64,000 nt of DNA from an uncultured virus (IMG/VR IMGVR_UViG_3300030390_001073) (lineage: Duplodnaviria > Heunggongvirae > Uroviricota > Caudoviricetes), in IMG/VR virus record IMGVR_UViG_3300030390_001073; one strand, 5' to 3'. Shown here in pieces: positions 19,660 to 30,000 of the stretch; the stretch's first letter is position 1, and each line of letters starts with the position of its first letter. The translations under genes were made by a program, and so were the position numbers. A model generated the notes under the pieces. The model was not told the DNA's origin. It ran no database searches and saw nothing but the letters and a program-made list of their open reading frames with translations.

Positions 19660-21903
19660 TTATAAAATTTTGCTAAAAGTTCCTGTGTTAGTGTATGTTG
19701 CAAAGTTAATGCTTATTTTTGACTCTTTTTTGGTAGGTAAATAAAGGTGTTTTTGATTAGCCATAATAGCTAATCCTGAGCTAATTGTAGCATCAAATTT
19801 AGTTCTATTTGATATATCAAATTTTGCCCAATCTTCTAGTGTACGAATAAAAGGCATTATACCCATATCTTCACTATCTCTAAACGTTCCTTCAAAATCC
19901 AAACCAACATGTTTTTCAATATAAGACTCTATAGCAGATGCATGAGATTGTTTTACATCCTCACTTGAGTTAGGTATTCCGCCTAATTCTCTTTCTGTTT
20001 TTGATAACTTATTAAATACTTTGTCAGGTCTATTCATACTAAAACCTCTATATCCTCTGTTTTTAAAATGATACAAAAGACGAGGTTTATTATTTTCACA
20101 TAATAAAGGCATACCATAAAATACACATGCCATTAAAACATCTTCAAAAAATATCTCAGCTGTTTGTGGTCTCGCTACATATTCTAGAAAAAATTCGTTA
20201 GATGGAGCATCGTCCATATTAAATTTAGTCATACCATGTAAAGCTCCATTAGAACCTCCTCCTCCTACAACTCCTGAGATATCGTAACTATCACAACCAA
20301 AAGAACCTATGTGTTCATTAGCAGGATATTTTTTTCCATTCTTTATATAATATCTGTTTTGTAAAGATTTTTTTGGTGTCCACCCTACCATAAATCTTCC
20401 GTTTCTATCCGGTCTGAACATTACCAAAGAATCTTTAATTCCATCTTTCCAATAAAAACTTCCCTTAGTAACATGATGTTCTATAATTAAAGAATCATTG
20501 TAATCAATTTGTTGATATATTTTTGTTAAATTAAATAGCGATTGCTTGCTTTCATCACGAAAAGCATGAGACTCTGTTCTAGGAAATTGTCTATAATATT
20601 CGTTTAATGCGTCAGGGTCTGATTTTAATGAATCAACTTCATTTTGCCAATACTCGATAGCACCTATTTTAATCATTGCATTATCTATTCCTAACAAAGG
20701 TTTTTTAGGTGTATCTAAAACAGGCATACCATATCTATCAATAAATCCTTCCATATTCCATTCCATAGGAATAAACAAATTATATAATCCTGATTTTGTT
20801 TGACCATTCGCATTTCGTTTTGTAGGGTCAGAATCTTCATAAAGATTTTTAAAATTTCCTCCACCTTTTGATAAAGCATTAGAAGTAGAACCCATCATAC
20901 ATTTACCAATTATCTTACTACCTAATCGTAAACAAGTTTTAGTAACTCTCCAATTGTTTAAAATGTTATTAGGCTTTAACCATTTACCACTTTCATCATG
21001 AACCAATAATAATAATTTTTCTCCATCATATGAGTTATCATCTGTATTTTTCCAATCTATTGTAGTATCTAATCCGTCAAGTTCTTCATCCTCAACATTA
21101 TACATATTTTTTTTGGTAATCTTAGAAGCAGGAACTCTAAAAGCTAATTCAGTTTTAGGTTTATCCATACCATCTTGAATAGGTTTGAAAAAGAAAGGTA
21201 AATTAGTTCCTATTGGAACAACCTTGTCTGTAAACATTTTTTTTGCATCAGAACCTGTTTTAGATAATATTCCTACTCTCGCATCTTTTGCTAATGTTCC
21301 TGTATTAATACATTCAGAAGAACCCATAAAAGAAAATCCCGAACGTCTTATTTTTAAATAACACAATCCAAAACTTCTTATGTCAGCTTTACATGCTTCC
21401 CAATAAATAAAAAACCATCTATTAGCTTCTCTATAATCAGGAAAACCAATATCAATTTTAGTCCATTGTAAATAAACATAATGTGAACCTGTAATGTAAG
21501 TTGGGTTACCGTTATTATAAAACCAATGCCCATCTTCTCTGCTATCAAATTCTCTTTCAATGTAATCTACCCATTGATTTTTAAATACAGAAGGCATATC
21601 ATTCCATTGAAATATAGATGTAATTCTTTTTAACACCTTTGGATATTCTTCTCTTTCCCAATATTGTTGAGATTTATCAGTATGTCTTTTAGTAATAACT
21701 TGAGGTTGTAATGGCAACGCTATATCTACGCCATTGATTTGTATAATTTCTCCTATTTGACCTGTGCGAGAAATTATAACTATACCATACTTTTCATTGA
21801 ATCCATACTCCCAAGTTTTTGCTCTATTTTTATTTGTAAAAACAGATTTAGGAATAATATCTACAAGTGTAGTATATATTTTATTTAGACCTTCGTTCTG
21901 CAA
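19660..21903 (-). CDS. terminase large subunit
   Basis: KIRRSGFS Walker A-like motif, LLVHDESGKW Walker B, GSTSN coupling motif, and a C-terminal nuclease domain (GCDSYD...FDATIS). Confidence 0.9.
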   Translation of the reverse strand: MQNEGLNKIYTTLVDIIPKSVFTNKNRAKTWEYGFNEKYGIVIISRTGQIGEIIQINGVDIALPLQPQVITKRHTDKSQQYWEREEYPKVLKRITSIFQWNDMPSVFKNQWVDYIEREFDSREDGHWFYNNGNPTYITGSHYVYLQWTKIDIGFPDYREANRWFFIYWEACKADIRSFGLCYLKIRRSGFSFMGSSECINTGTLAKDARVGILSKTGSDAKKMFTDKVVPIGTNLPFFFKPIQDGMDKPKTELAFRVPASKITKKNMYNVEDEELDGLDTTIDWKNTDDNSYDGEKLLLLVHDESGKWLKPNNILNNWRVTKTCLRLGSKIIGKCMMGSTSNALSKGGGNFKNLYEDSDPTKRNANGQTKSGLYNLFIPMEWNMEGFIDRYGMPVLDTPKKPLLGIDNAMIKIGAIEYWQNEVDSLKSDPDALNEYYRQFPRTESHAFRDESKQSLFNLTKIYQQIDYNDSLIIEHHVTKGSFYWKDGIKDSLVMFRPDRNGRFMVGWTPKKSLQNRYYIKNGKKYPANEHIGSFGCDSYDISGVVGGGGSNGALHGMTKFNMDDAPSNEFFLEYVARPQTAEIFFEDVLMACVFYGMPLLCENNKPRLLYHFKNRGYRGFSMNRPDKVFNKLSKTERELGGIPNSSEDVKQSHASAIESYIEKHVGLDFEGTFRDSEDMGIMPFIRTLEDWAKFDISNRTKFDATISSGLAIMANQKHLYLPTKKESKISINFATYTNTGTFSKIL

Positions 21904-22156
21904 ATCCTTGATTGGTATTAGTTTTTGTTTTTACTCCTTCAGTTTCTAATGCGTCTCTTTCTATTTCTATTCTATTCAATATTTCAAAAGCATCAAATAT
22001 GGCTAATTTTTTTGTAGCTGCTGCATTTTTTAATCTATCTGCAGATAAGTCATCTTCTGTTCCTGTAACTATTTTTTCTTTTGCTACATTAATTAATTCT
22101 TCTACAGCTTTTTCAGCTGCATCAATTATTTTTAATTTAACATCTTTGTTGCTCAT
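21881..22156 (-). CDS. putative terminase small subunit
   Basis: 91 aa helical protein overlapping the terminase large subunit start. Confidence 0.45.
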   Translation of the reverse strand: MSNKDVKLKIIDAAEKAVEELINVAKEKIVTGTEDDLSADRLKNAAATKKLAIFDAFEILNRIEIERDALETEGVKTKTNTNQGFAERRSK

Positions 22157-22716
22157 AGTTTTACTGTTATAAATTTAGACATTATTCTGTAAAGAAGAAC
22201 ACCATCTACAGTAAATTCATATTCACTATCAGGCTGAAAGGCAACTTCATCACCTGCCTTAACTCCATGATTTATAAGCTCTTGATTTGGATATTTAATT
22301 TTTCCAACTAAAGGTTCGTATTTAACGACTTTATCTAAATAATAATCTTTAGATTTTACCGGTTCAACAAAACAATATTTATCATGAGCATACCACTCAT
22401 CTCCTGATTTATATAAAAAAAATTGGTCGTTATCTATTAAAAACAAATTATCTTTAAAATAACTTTTACCACTTTTTTCATATCCTTTCATGTCATAATA
22501 TATTTTAAATACATTATGATGTACTAACAAAAGGTCATTTATTTTTATAGGTCCACAATAATTTAAAGGTAAAGAATTTACTTTAGCGAAACGATTTGAA
22601 AACTTATGGTCTTCTTGAGAAGTGCTTACTATAAAATCTACCTCTCCTAATTTCTTTGTATTATCGTAACGTTTTCCTTTTAATGGTTCTACAATAAAGC
22701 TGTGAGGTGATTGCAT
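22153..22716 (-). CDS. GroES-like fold protein (tandem domains)
   Basis: Two GroES-like segments (FIVEP...KINDLLLVHHN; FVEP...VKAGDEVAF...EYEFTVDGVLLYRI). Confidence 0.5.
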   Translation of the reverse strand: MQSPHSFIVEPLKGKRYDNTKKLGEVDFIVSTSQEDHKFSNRFAKVNSLPLNYCGPIKINDLLLVHHNVFKIYYDMKGYEKSGKSYFKDNLFLIDNDQFFLYKSGDEWYAHDKYCFVEPVKSKDYYLDKVVKYEPLVGKIKYPNQELINHGVKAGDEVAFQPDSEYEFTVDGVLLYRIMSKFITVKL

Positions 22717-22730
22717 GTGATTTCATTAGA

Positions 22731-22955
22731 TTAAAAATTTATATTATATTCGATTGATATTGGCATAGTTTGATTAAAAGACTTCCAAAGTTTTACTTCT
22801 TCTTTCTGAATTATGTAAATAAAAAAAGTTTGATTTTTTAAATCATGTTTAATTAAATGAATAACATAGTTACCACCTAAAACTTCTTGACCTACTAAAT
22901 AATGCATAGCACCTGACTTATAATCAGGACCTACAGAAATCTTTCTTATGTCCAT
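22731..22955 (-). CDS. hypothetical phage protein
   Basis: 74 aa (IRKISVGPDYK...MHYLVGQ), in operon context. Confidence 0.65.
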   Translation of the reverse strand: MDIRKISVGPDYKSGAMHYLVGQEVLGGNYVIHLIKHDLKNQTFFIYIIQKEEVKLWKSFNQTMPISIEYNINF

Positions 22956-22967
22956 TATATTAAATTA

Positions 22968-25967
22968 CTAGAATGCGTCTTCTATTCTGTATTTAACTTT
23001 AAAAGTTAAAGTACCACCTCCCTGTGAAGGATTTCCTGATGCTGTAAAAAACAATGCATTGTTTACTAAAATTTGACCATTAGCATTTCCTTGACTTTGC
23101 ACCGGAGGTACAGCTTGATAAAAATCAGCACCACCATTTACAATTCCATTATCAAAAGCTCCAAAAGGTCTGTATTGTGTATTAGCTCCACCTAATTCAT
23201 ATCTGATAAAAGGGTCAGCTGAGAAATCAAAATTTGGAGTAGCAAAGTCTAATTTCCATAAACATTCTACTACAGCAATTAATTTATTTGCACCCGGAGA
23301 AGGAGCAACCTGTACAGGTGTTGTTTCAATAGCTAACATTTGAGCATTGGTTATTGTAGTAGTAACTTCTAATATATCGTAATTACTATCTTTCCATTCT
23401 AACCCTGTATTACCTACATTCTTAGCTAATATTTGATTAGCTGTTCCAAAATTGTCAGTTGCATCAGCTATGTTTTCAGTAAAGAAGTTTTGCCATCTAT
23501 TAGCTGAGCTTCCTAGATTTGTGGTTTTATCACTAACCGGTATAATTATACCTGTACTACTTAATTGTCCTTTAGTTATTATATCTGTTGGAAAAGCAAT
23601 TGTTAAAGATTGGTCAACACCAACAGTTACAATTTCATTAGCAGTTCCAAGAATTGATAAACTTTGTGAGTTTAAATCTACTGTCGGAGTTAAAGTATTA
23701 GTATCACCTAAAAACTCTAAAGTAGGAGCTAACGTAGGTTGATTAATCCATTCCAATCCTGTATTAGCAGAATCTTTAGCTAAAACTTGTCCTGCAGTTC
23801 CACCTGTAGTCCACACTAATTTATCTGCCGCAGGAACGTTTGTTAAAAGTTGAGCCGCTCCACCTACTGAATCATCTTTATCTCTTATTTGACTTACAAA
23901 TAAATTTAACCATCTTTTATTTGAATCACCTAAACTAAATGTTACATCGGTTGTTGGAAGAATTTCACCTCCACTATTAATTCGACCCGGTGTAGTTATG
24001 TTAGTTGGAAAACTAAAAGTTAATGTTCCGCTACTATTAATTACGCCTATTTGATTAGTTGTGCCTGCAAAAGTAACAGTATCTGCATTATTTATTACTG
24101 TTACGTTTGGAGTAGATTCAGAATCTGAAATTTTAAAACTTGATACAACAGGTGTAATCCAATCTAAATCATTATTTGAATCTTTTCCAAGATATTGACC
24201 TACAGCTCCTGTTCCATCATCAAAGGCTGCAATCTGTGTTGGAAAAAATGTTCCCCACTTGTTAGCTATTCCTCCTAAATTGTTAATTCCATCTGCTACC
24301 GGTAATATTGCACCTCCACTATTAAGTTGACCCGGTGTTGTTATATCTGTTGGAAAAGCAAATGTTATAGATTGGTCAACAACTACAGCGTCTATTTGAA
24401 GAGCTGTTCCTAATATAGAAAAAGTTTGAGATGGTAAATCTATACTTCCTGCAGTACCATCTAAATCAACTATATTTAATGTTGTAGAATTAGCATCATC
24501 TAGCCATCTTAATCCTGTATTTGCATTATTTTTACCAAGAACTTGTCCGGCTGTTCCAAAATCACCGTTAAAATCTGCAATATTTGTAGTAAAGAAGTTT
24601 TGCCATCTATTAACTGTACTTCCTAGATTTTGAGAATCGTTTGTAGTTGGTATAATAGGTCCTAAAGAATTTAACTGACCTCTTGTTAATATGTTTACAG
24701 GTAAATTAAATGCTATAGTTTGAGCAACAGGATTTGTAACTTCAATTGCATTAGCTGTTCCTATTAAAGTAAGTTTTTCTGTAGGTAAATCTACAGATGT
24801 TGCTGTAGCACCACCTGATACTATAGAAATATTTAATGTGTCAGATGCTCCATTAGTAATCCATAATAGACCTGAATTAGCTGCATTTTTAGCAAGAACT
24901 TGTCCGGTTGTTCCAAGAGAACCACTAGAATCTACAATATCTTTTGTAAAAAAGCTTCCCCACCTGTTTCCATTACCACCTAAATTAGTATTTTGGTCTG
25001 TAATAGGAATTATTTTTCCTAGTGAATTTAACTCACCTCTTGTTCTTATATCTGTAGCTAATTGTATAGATGCTGTATTACTTCCTGCATCTAAAACTTC
25101 AATTTCATTACTTGTACCTATAATTCCTAAACTTTGAGTTGCTAAATCTACAGTAAATGTAATTGCAGGATTAGTTGTTAATCTTACTCTTAAATCTTCA
25201 TTAGGAGGTTCTTTCCACTCTAAAGCTGTATTACTTGCATTCTTACCTAAAAATTGTTTAACTGAACCTAAGCTGTCGGTTTCATCTGCAATATTTTCTG
25301 TAAAGAAATTCTGCCATCTTTGAGTTGTAGAGCCTAAATCTATATCTTTATCTGTAACAGGAAATATAATACCTGTACTAGCTAATCGACCCGGTATAGT
25401 CATGTTAGTTGGAAAAGCTATCTGCATTGTTTGTGCAGCATCACCTGTTGTTGTGATTTGATTAGCTGTTCCTAATATTCTTAATGATTCTGTTGGTATA
25501 TTTACTGATGTAGTACTTACATCATATGAACCACCTAAATCATCAACAGTTCCTATGGCTGTATCTACATAAGTTTTTATTGCAAGTGTGCTCGCAATGT
25601 TTGTGTTTGAAGCTCCTGATAAAGTAGTAGCTGTTATTAATGATGAACCACTAACCGCTCCGCTAAGCACAAAACTTGTTGGAACAGTTAGTGTTATTAT
25701 TTCTCCTACATCAGCTCGCAAATCATCAATACGAGCAACACCATCGATATATAAATCTCTCCACTCTTTAGCAGCAGAACCGATATCATATGTATCATCA
25801 AGTGCAGGAATTAGCGAACCCGGTATATTCCCAAATAAATAAACACCAAGATTTTCTACAGTAACTGTTTTTGTTGCTAAGGCAGAATCCTTGTCTGTTA
25901 ATATTAAATAATCATCACCAACCGGTGCGATTGAGGGATAACTCGTAGTGTCGCTAATTTTTGCCAT
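22968..25967 (-). CDS. repeat-containing fibre/structural protein
   Basis: 999 aa with about six ~120-aa repeats (ILGTANQI...FPT.I.T.G.L.S.G.I.P...LG...RW..FF). Confidence 0.7.
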   Translation of the reverse strand: MAKISDTTSYPSIAPVGDDYLILTDKDSALATKTVTVENLGVYLFGNIPGSLIPALDDTYDIGSAAKEWRDLYIDGVARIDDLRADVGEIITLTVPTSFVLSGAVSGSSLITATTLSGASNTNIASTLAIKTYVDTAIGTVDDLGGSYDVSTTSVNIPTESLRILGTANQITTTGDAAQTMQIAFPTNMTIPGRLASTGIIFPVTDKDIDLGSTTQRWQNFFTENIADETDSLGSVKQFLGKNASNTALEWKEPPNEDLRVRLTTNPAITFTVDLATQSLGIIGTSNEIEVLDAGSNTASIQLATDIRTRGELNSLGKIIPITDQNTNLGGNGNRWGSFFTKDIVDSSGSLGTTGQVLAKNAANSGLLWITNGASDTLNISIVSGGATATSVDLPTEKLTLIGTANAIEVTNPVAQTIAFNLPVNILTRGQLNSLGPIIPTTNDSQNLGSTVNRWQNFFTTNIADFNGDFGTAGQVLGKNNANTGLRWLDDANSTTLNIVDLDGTAGSIDLPSQTFSILGTALQIDAVVVDQSITFAFPTDITTPGQLNSGGAILPVADGINNLGGIANKWGTFFPTQIAAFDDGTGAVGQYLGKDSNNDLDWITPVVSSFKISDSESTPNVTVINNADTVTFAGTTNQIGVINSSGTLTFSFPTNITTPGRINSGGEILPTTDVTFSLGDSNKRWLNLFVSQIRDKDDSVGGAAQLLTNVPAADKLVWTTGGTAGQVLAKDSANTGLEWINQPTLAPTLEFLGDTNTLTPTVDLNSQSLSILGTANEIVTVGVDQSLTIAFPTDIITKGQLSSTGIIIPVSDKTTNLGSSANRWQNFFTENIADATDNFGTANQILAKNVGNTGLEWKDSNYDILEVTTTITNAQMLAIETTPVQVAPSPGANKLIAVVECLWKLDFATPNFDFSADPFIRYELGGANTQYRPFGAFDNGIVNGGADFYQAVPPVQSQGNANGQILVNNALFFTASGNPSQGGGTLTFKVKYRIEDAF

Positions 25968-26251
25968 TATTCTACTTTTTCTAGAGGTTTATTTTCTTTT
26001 GCTTCTTCATCTGCTTTTACTTCATCAGCACTTTTTACCTCACCGGTTTCCATGTTGATGCTGCTATCTTGCCCGTACTTCTTTATTAAATCTTGTTCTA
26101 ATACTGCAAAATCAGCCTTGATAACATCGATTTCTTTAATAATAGCTTGCTGCTGTAAAGCATTGTCAGCTAATTGCATTTTGCTTTTATTAAAGTTAAG
26201 TTGTGCGTCTTGAATTGACTTTAATTCTTGTTCTTCTAATTGTTTTGACAT
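25967..26251 (-). CDS. small coiled-coil protein, possible fibre chaperone
   Basis: 94 aa ending in a KKYG..SINMETGE motif, next to fibre genes. Confidence 0.55.
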   Translation of the reverse strand: MSKQLEEQELKSIQDAQLNFNKSKMQLADNALQQQAIIKEIDVIKADFAVLEQDLIKKYGQDSSINMETGEVKSADEVKADEEAKENKPLEKVE

Positions 26252-26291
26252 TTGATTAAATTTTAATTGTTTAACATTATTTTATATTTTA

Positions 26292-26299
26292 CAAATATA
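26292..26299 (-). promoter_or_regulatory. Bacteroidota-type -7 element (TATATTTG)
   Basis: caaatata in the intergenic gap upstream of 26251. Confidence 0.55.
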
Positions 26300-26311
26300 A
26301 GACTTTTAAAA

Positions 26312-27001
26312 TTAAATCCCTGTGACTGTTGCAATGTTAGTTTTTGGTAATCCTATGATACGAGAAATGTTTTGATTAAGAACTCCTGCAACATTATTTC
26401 CATATCCGGGAGCTACTGCAGTAAAGCTTAAATAAGGAATAGTTCCAAAATTTTGATAACCATTCTGAAACCCTGTAGTTGATGGTGTTGTATTAGTATA
26501 ATCTTGATACCATATAACACAAACTTTAAGATAAGATGTTTCAAAAGCTGAAACAGCATTTGCATTTAAGTCAAAATAACTTAATGAATTACTATCATTC
26601 CAATATATGTTAGACCCTCCTCCATAAAGTGTATTGAAATCTAAATTATTCCAATCTTCTTTTACCAAATTTTCATCAGCATCACCTTGTGCTGTAGACT
26701 TAACTATTGCAATAGGGAAATTAGTTGTAGTGCTTGTTGTTGGGTCGTAGTATAATCTTAAATTTGTAATAGTATCAGAAGCGTATGTACTTACATCAAA
26801 TGCCCACCAACTCCTTCTTAATTTCCACTCACTACCTTTCCCACCTGTACTAAATCCTCTTAAAACAGCTTGTGCATTAGATTGTGAAGGTTGGTTTGCA
26901 GGATTAAAAGGAAAAGAAGTTGTTTCGCTTCTAAGATTAGAAAAACTTATTGTGGATGTGTTATCCATGTACCCATATTTTCCTGCGTTTACTGTTGGCA
27001 T
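26312..27001 (-). CDS. beta-sandwich protein (DNRLRE/carbohydrate-binding-like), possible receptor-binding accessory
   Basis: RRSWWAFDVSTYASDTITNLRLYY resembles the DNRLRE-type R..(L)xFDxS...I....L.L pattern; follows a fibre gene. Confidence 0.4.
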   Translation of the reverse strand: MPTVNAGKYGYMDNTSTISFSNLRSETTSFPFNPANQPSQSNAQAVLRGFSTGGKGSEWKLRRSWWAFDVSTYASDTITNLRLYYDPTTSTTTNFPIAIVKSTAQGDADENLVKEDWNNLDFNTLYGGGSNIYWNDSNSLSYFDLNANAVSAFETSYLKVCVIWYQDYTNTTPSTTGFQNGYQNFGTIPYLSFTAVAPGYGNNVAGVLNQNISRIIGLPKTNIATVTGI

Positions 27002-27002
27002 A

Positions 27003-30000
27003 TTATGTAATTTTAACCCAAGTATTATCAGGTTTGAAATAAATATGATTAGAATCTATAACATAAGCTACAACTCTTGCTACGTCATTTGTTCCTGAAG
27101 GAGCTGAAAATTGCATTTCTCCTTCAACAGTTGATAAGTAAAAAACACTTCCTGCTGCAAAAAAACTTGGATAGTGAACTATTCCTTCAAGCACCATTCT
27201 TCCTACACTTGCAGTACCTGATGATTTTGCAAATGCTAACAATCCTTTACTTTTAGTTTCACTATCTGCATCTGTTTGAGTCCAACCTCCATCCCAATAA
27301 TAAACTTTTCCTGCTGTAACTGTAGTATTTCCAATAGGTAATACTGTACCTGAAGATTGATTAGAAGAAAGTGCAGCGTCTAATTGAATGTTTGTGTCTG
27401 AATTAAATTGTATTCTTCCACCCTCCATTTTAAAATTAACACCTGAATTAATAATAACCTCACCATCGTCAACGGTCATTTGTGTAGCTCCCGCTGTTTT
27501 AAGTTGAATTTGACTTACACCGTCTGACTCAGCAGCATCACCTATTAACAATGTGTCTGAAGCTGCAGCATTACTCATAACCTCTTCACCATTTGCTGCA
27601 AAATTTCCTTGTGTAGAAGTAATAGTTCCTCCAACTGTTAAACTTGAACCATTAAAGGTTAAATCAGAATCTGAAGTAATTCCTGAAGATGAGTTCCAAA
27701 AAGCTACTCTATTTGATGCACCACTACCCGTTACAGTTCCTGTATTTGTAGTGTATCCTGCTCCGTTAGTTATTTGGGAATTGTTTATTGTAAAACTTAC
27801 ATTACTTAATCCTGTTCTATTTAATGTTACTGTTCCACTTGTTACATTACCTCCTGTTACAAAGTTATTAGAACCTGTGCTAGTAACATAACCTGCATCG
27901 TTAGTCCATTGAGATATGTTACCTGATTTATTGGTAAATGTCTGTGTATTTGAAGCAGTAGTTGTTCCTGTATTAGTCGTATAACCTGAGTTATTAGACC
28001 ATTGAGATATATTACCGCTTTTGTTTGTAAACGTCTGTGTATTACTTGCAGTTGTAGTTCCTGTGTTAGTAGTATAACCCGCACCATTAGTTAATTGATT
28101 ATTATTAGTAATAGTACAATTTAATGTAACAGTACCTGATGTACCACCACCACTCATATTTGTACCTGCAGTAACGCCTGTAATATCACCTACACTTGTA
28201 GTATAACCCGCACCATTTGTAAGTTGATTATTATTAGTAATAACAGGTACAGTACAATTTAATGTAACTGTTCCACTTGTACCGCCACCACTCATTCCCG
28301 TTCCGGCTGTTACTCCTGTAATATCACCAACGTTAGTTGTAAATCCTGCGTCATTATTAAATATACTTAACCCTATTTCACCTGCACGCTTTCTTCTTTC
28401 AGCACTACTATCTAATACTATGAATTCATCATTAGTATTCATTGTCGCTGTCATGTCAGTAAGTTCTGATAAATCTAATGTAACAGCAAACAATGAAGCA
28501 CCGGATTGATTAGCTCCAAATACAGCACCACCGTCAAGACCTGTGCTTGTAGTCATTGTAAGTACACCATCATTAACAGTTGGTAATGAAGCTGAAGTTA
28601 TATATCCACTATTGTTTGTCCATTGACTAATATTACCACTCTTATTTGTAAACGTTTGTGTGTTAGAGGGTGTTGTTGTTCCTGTATTAGTCGTATAACC
28701 TGCTCCGTTAGTTAACTGATTATTGTTAGTGATAGTACAATTTAATGTAACTGTTCCACTTGTACCACCGCCACTCATATTTGTGCCTGCAGTTACACCT
28801 GTTATGTCTCCTACATTAGTTGTGTATCCTGCTCCGTTAGTTAATTGGTTGTTGTTTGTACATGTGTTAGTTATTCTTAAAGTTCCTCCACTTGTAGTAG
28901 AAACAAGTTCAGTTTCTAAAAGTCCGGCTTGAGAAAAAGTTACAGTCTCTCCATTAGTTACTGTAGATGTTTCTGAACCATTACCCTCTTTAAGAATCCA
29001 AGAAGACATAGACCCTCCTGATGATGTTACATATCCACTATCATTAGTCCATTGAGATATATTTCCTCCTTTATTTGTAAACGTTTGTGAGTTGGATGCA
29101 GTTGTTGTTCCCGTATTAGTTGTATAGCCTGCTCCGTTAGTTAACTGATTATTGTTAGTAATAGTGTTATTAAATATTACAGTCTCATTAGAAGCTTGAT
29201 TTAATGTAATAGTACCTCCTCCCGAAAGTCCTGTTCCTGCAGATAATGTAATAGTTGCATTATTAACTGTTGGTAAAGAACCTGCTGTTATATATCCTGA
29301 GTTATTAGTCCATTGACTAATATTACCGGATTTGTTAGTAAAGGTTTGTGAATTACTTGCATTAGTAAATCCTGTAGCTGTTAATGTACTTAATCCTTGT
29401 CTAGTTAATGTTAATGTTCCTCCTGATTGGGATGCACCTGTAACGTAATAATTATCATTATCATCATTAGGATTAAATGTAATTGTATCTGTGGTAGCAT
29501 TTGTAGTAATAGTCATACCGCCTGAAGCAACCAAAGTTAAAGTATCATTGTTACTATCAGCGACAACTGTAGACTGTCCACTTACTGCAATATTTTTATA
29601 TATGTTTTGTGATGAACCTTTATCTGCGTTAGTTAAAGTTACAGCTCCACTTGTACCACCACCTGACATACCACTTCCTGCAGATACCGCTGTAATATCT
29701 CCTACATTTGTAGTATATCCTGCACCGTTAGTTAACTGATTGTTATTGGTTATTGTATTATTTAATGTTACGCTACCTGAAGTTCCTCCTCCACTTAGTC
29801 CTGTACCTGCTACTACTGCTGTTATATCTCCTACACTTGTAGTATATCCTGAATCATTTGTCCATTGACTAATATTACCTCCCTTATTAGTGAAAGTTTG
29901 TGAGTTAGAAGCGGTAGTTGTTCCTGTGTTTGTGGTATAACCTGCTCCATTGGTAAGTTGGTTATTATTAGTTATTGTATTGTTTAATGTAACACTACCT

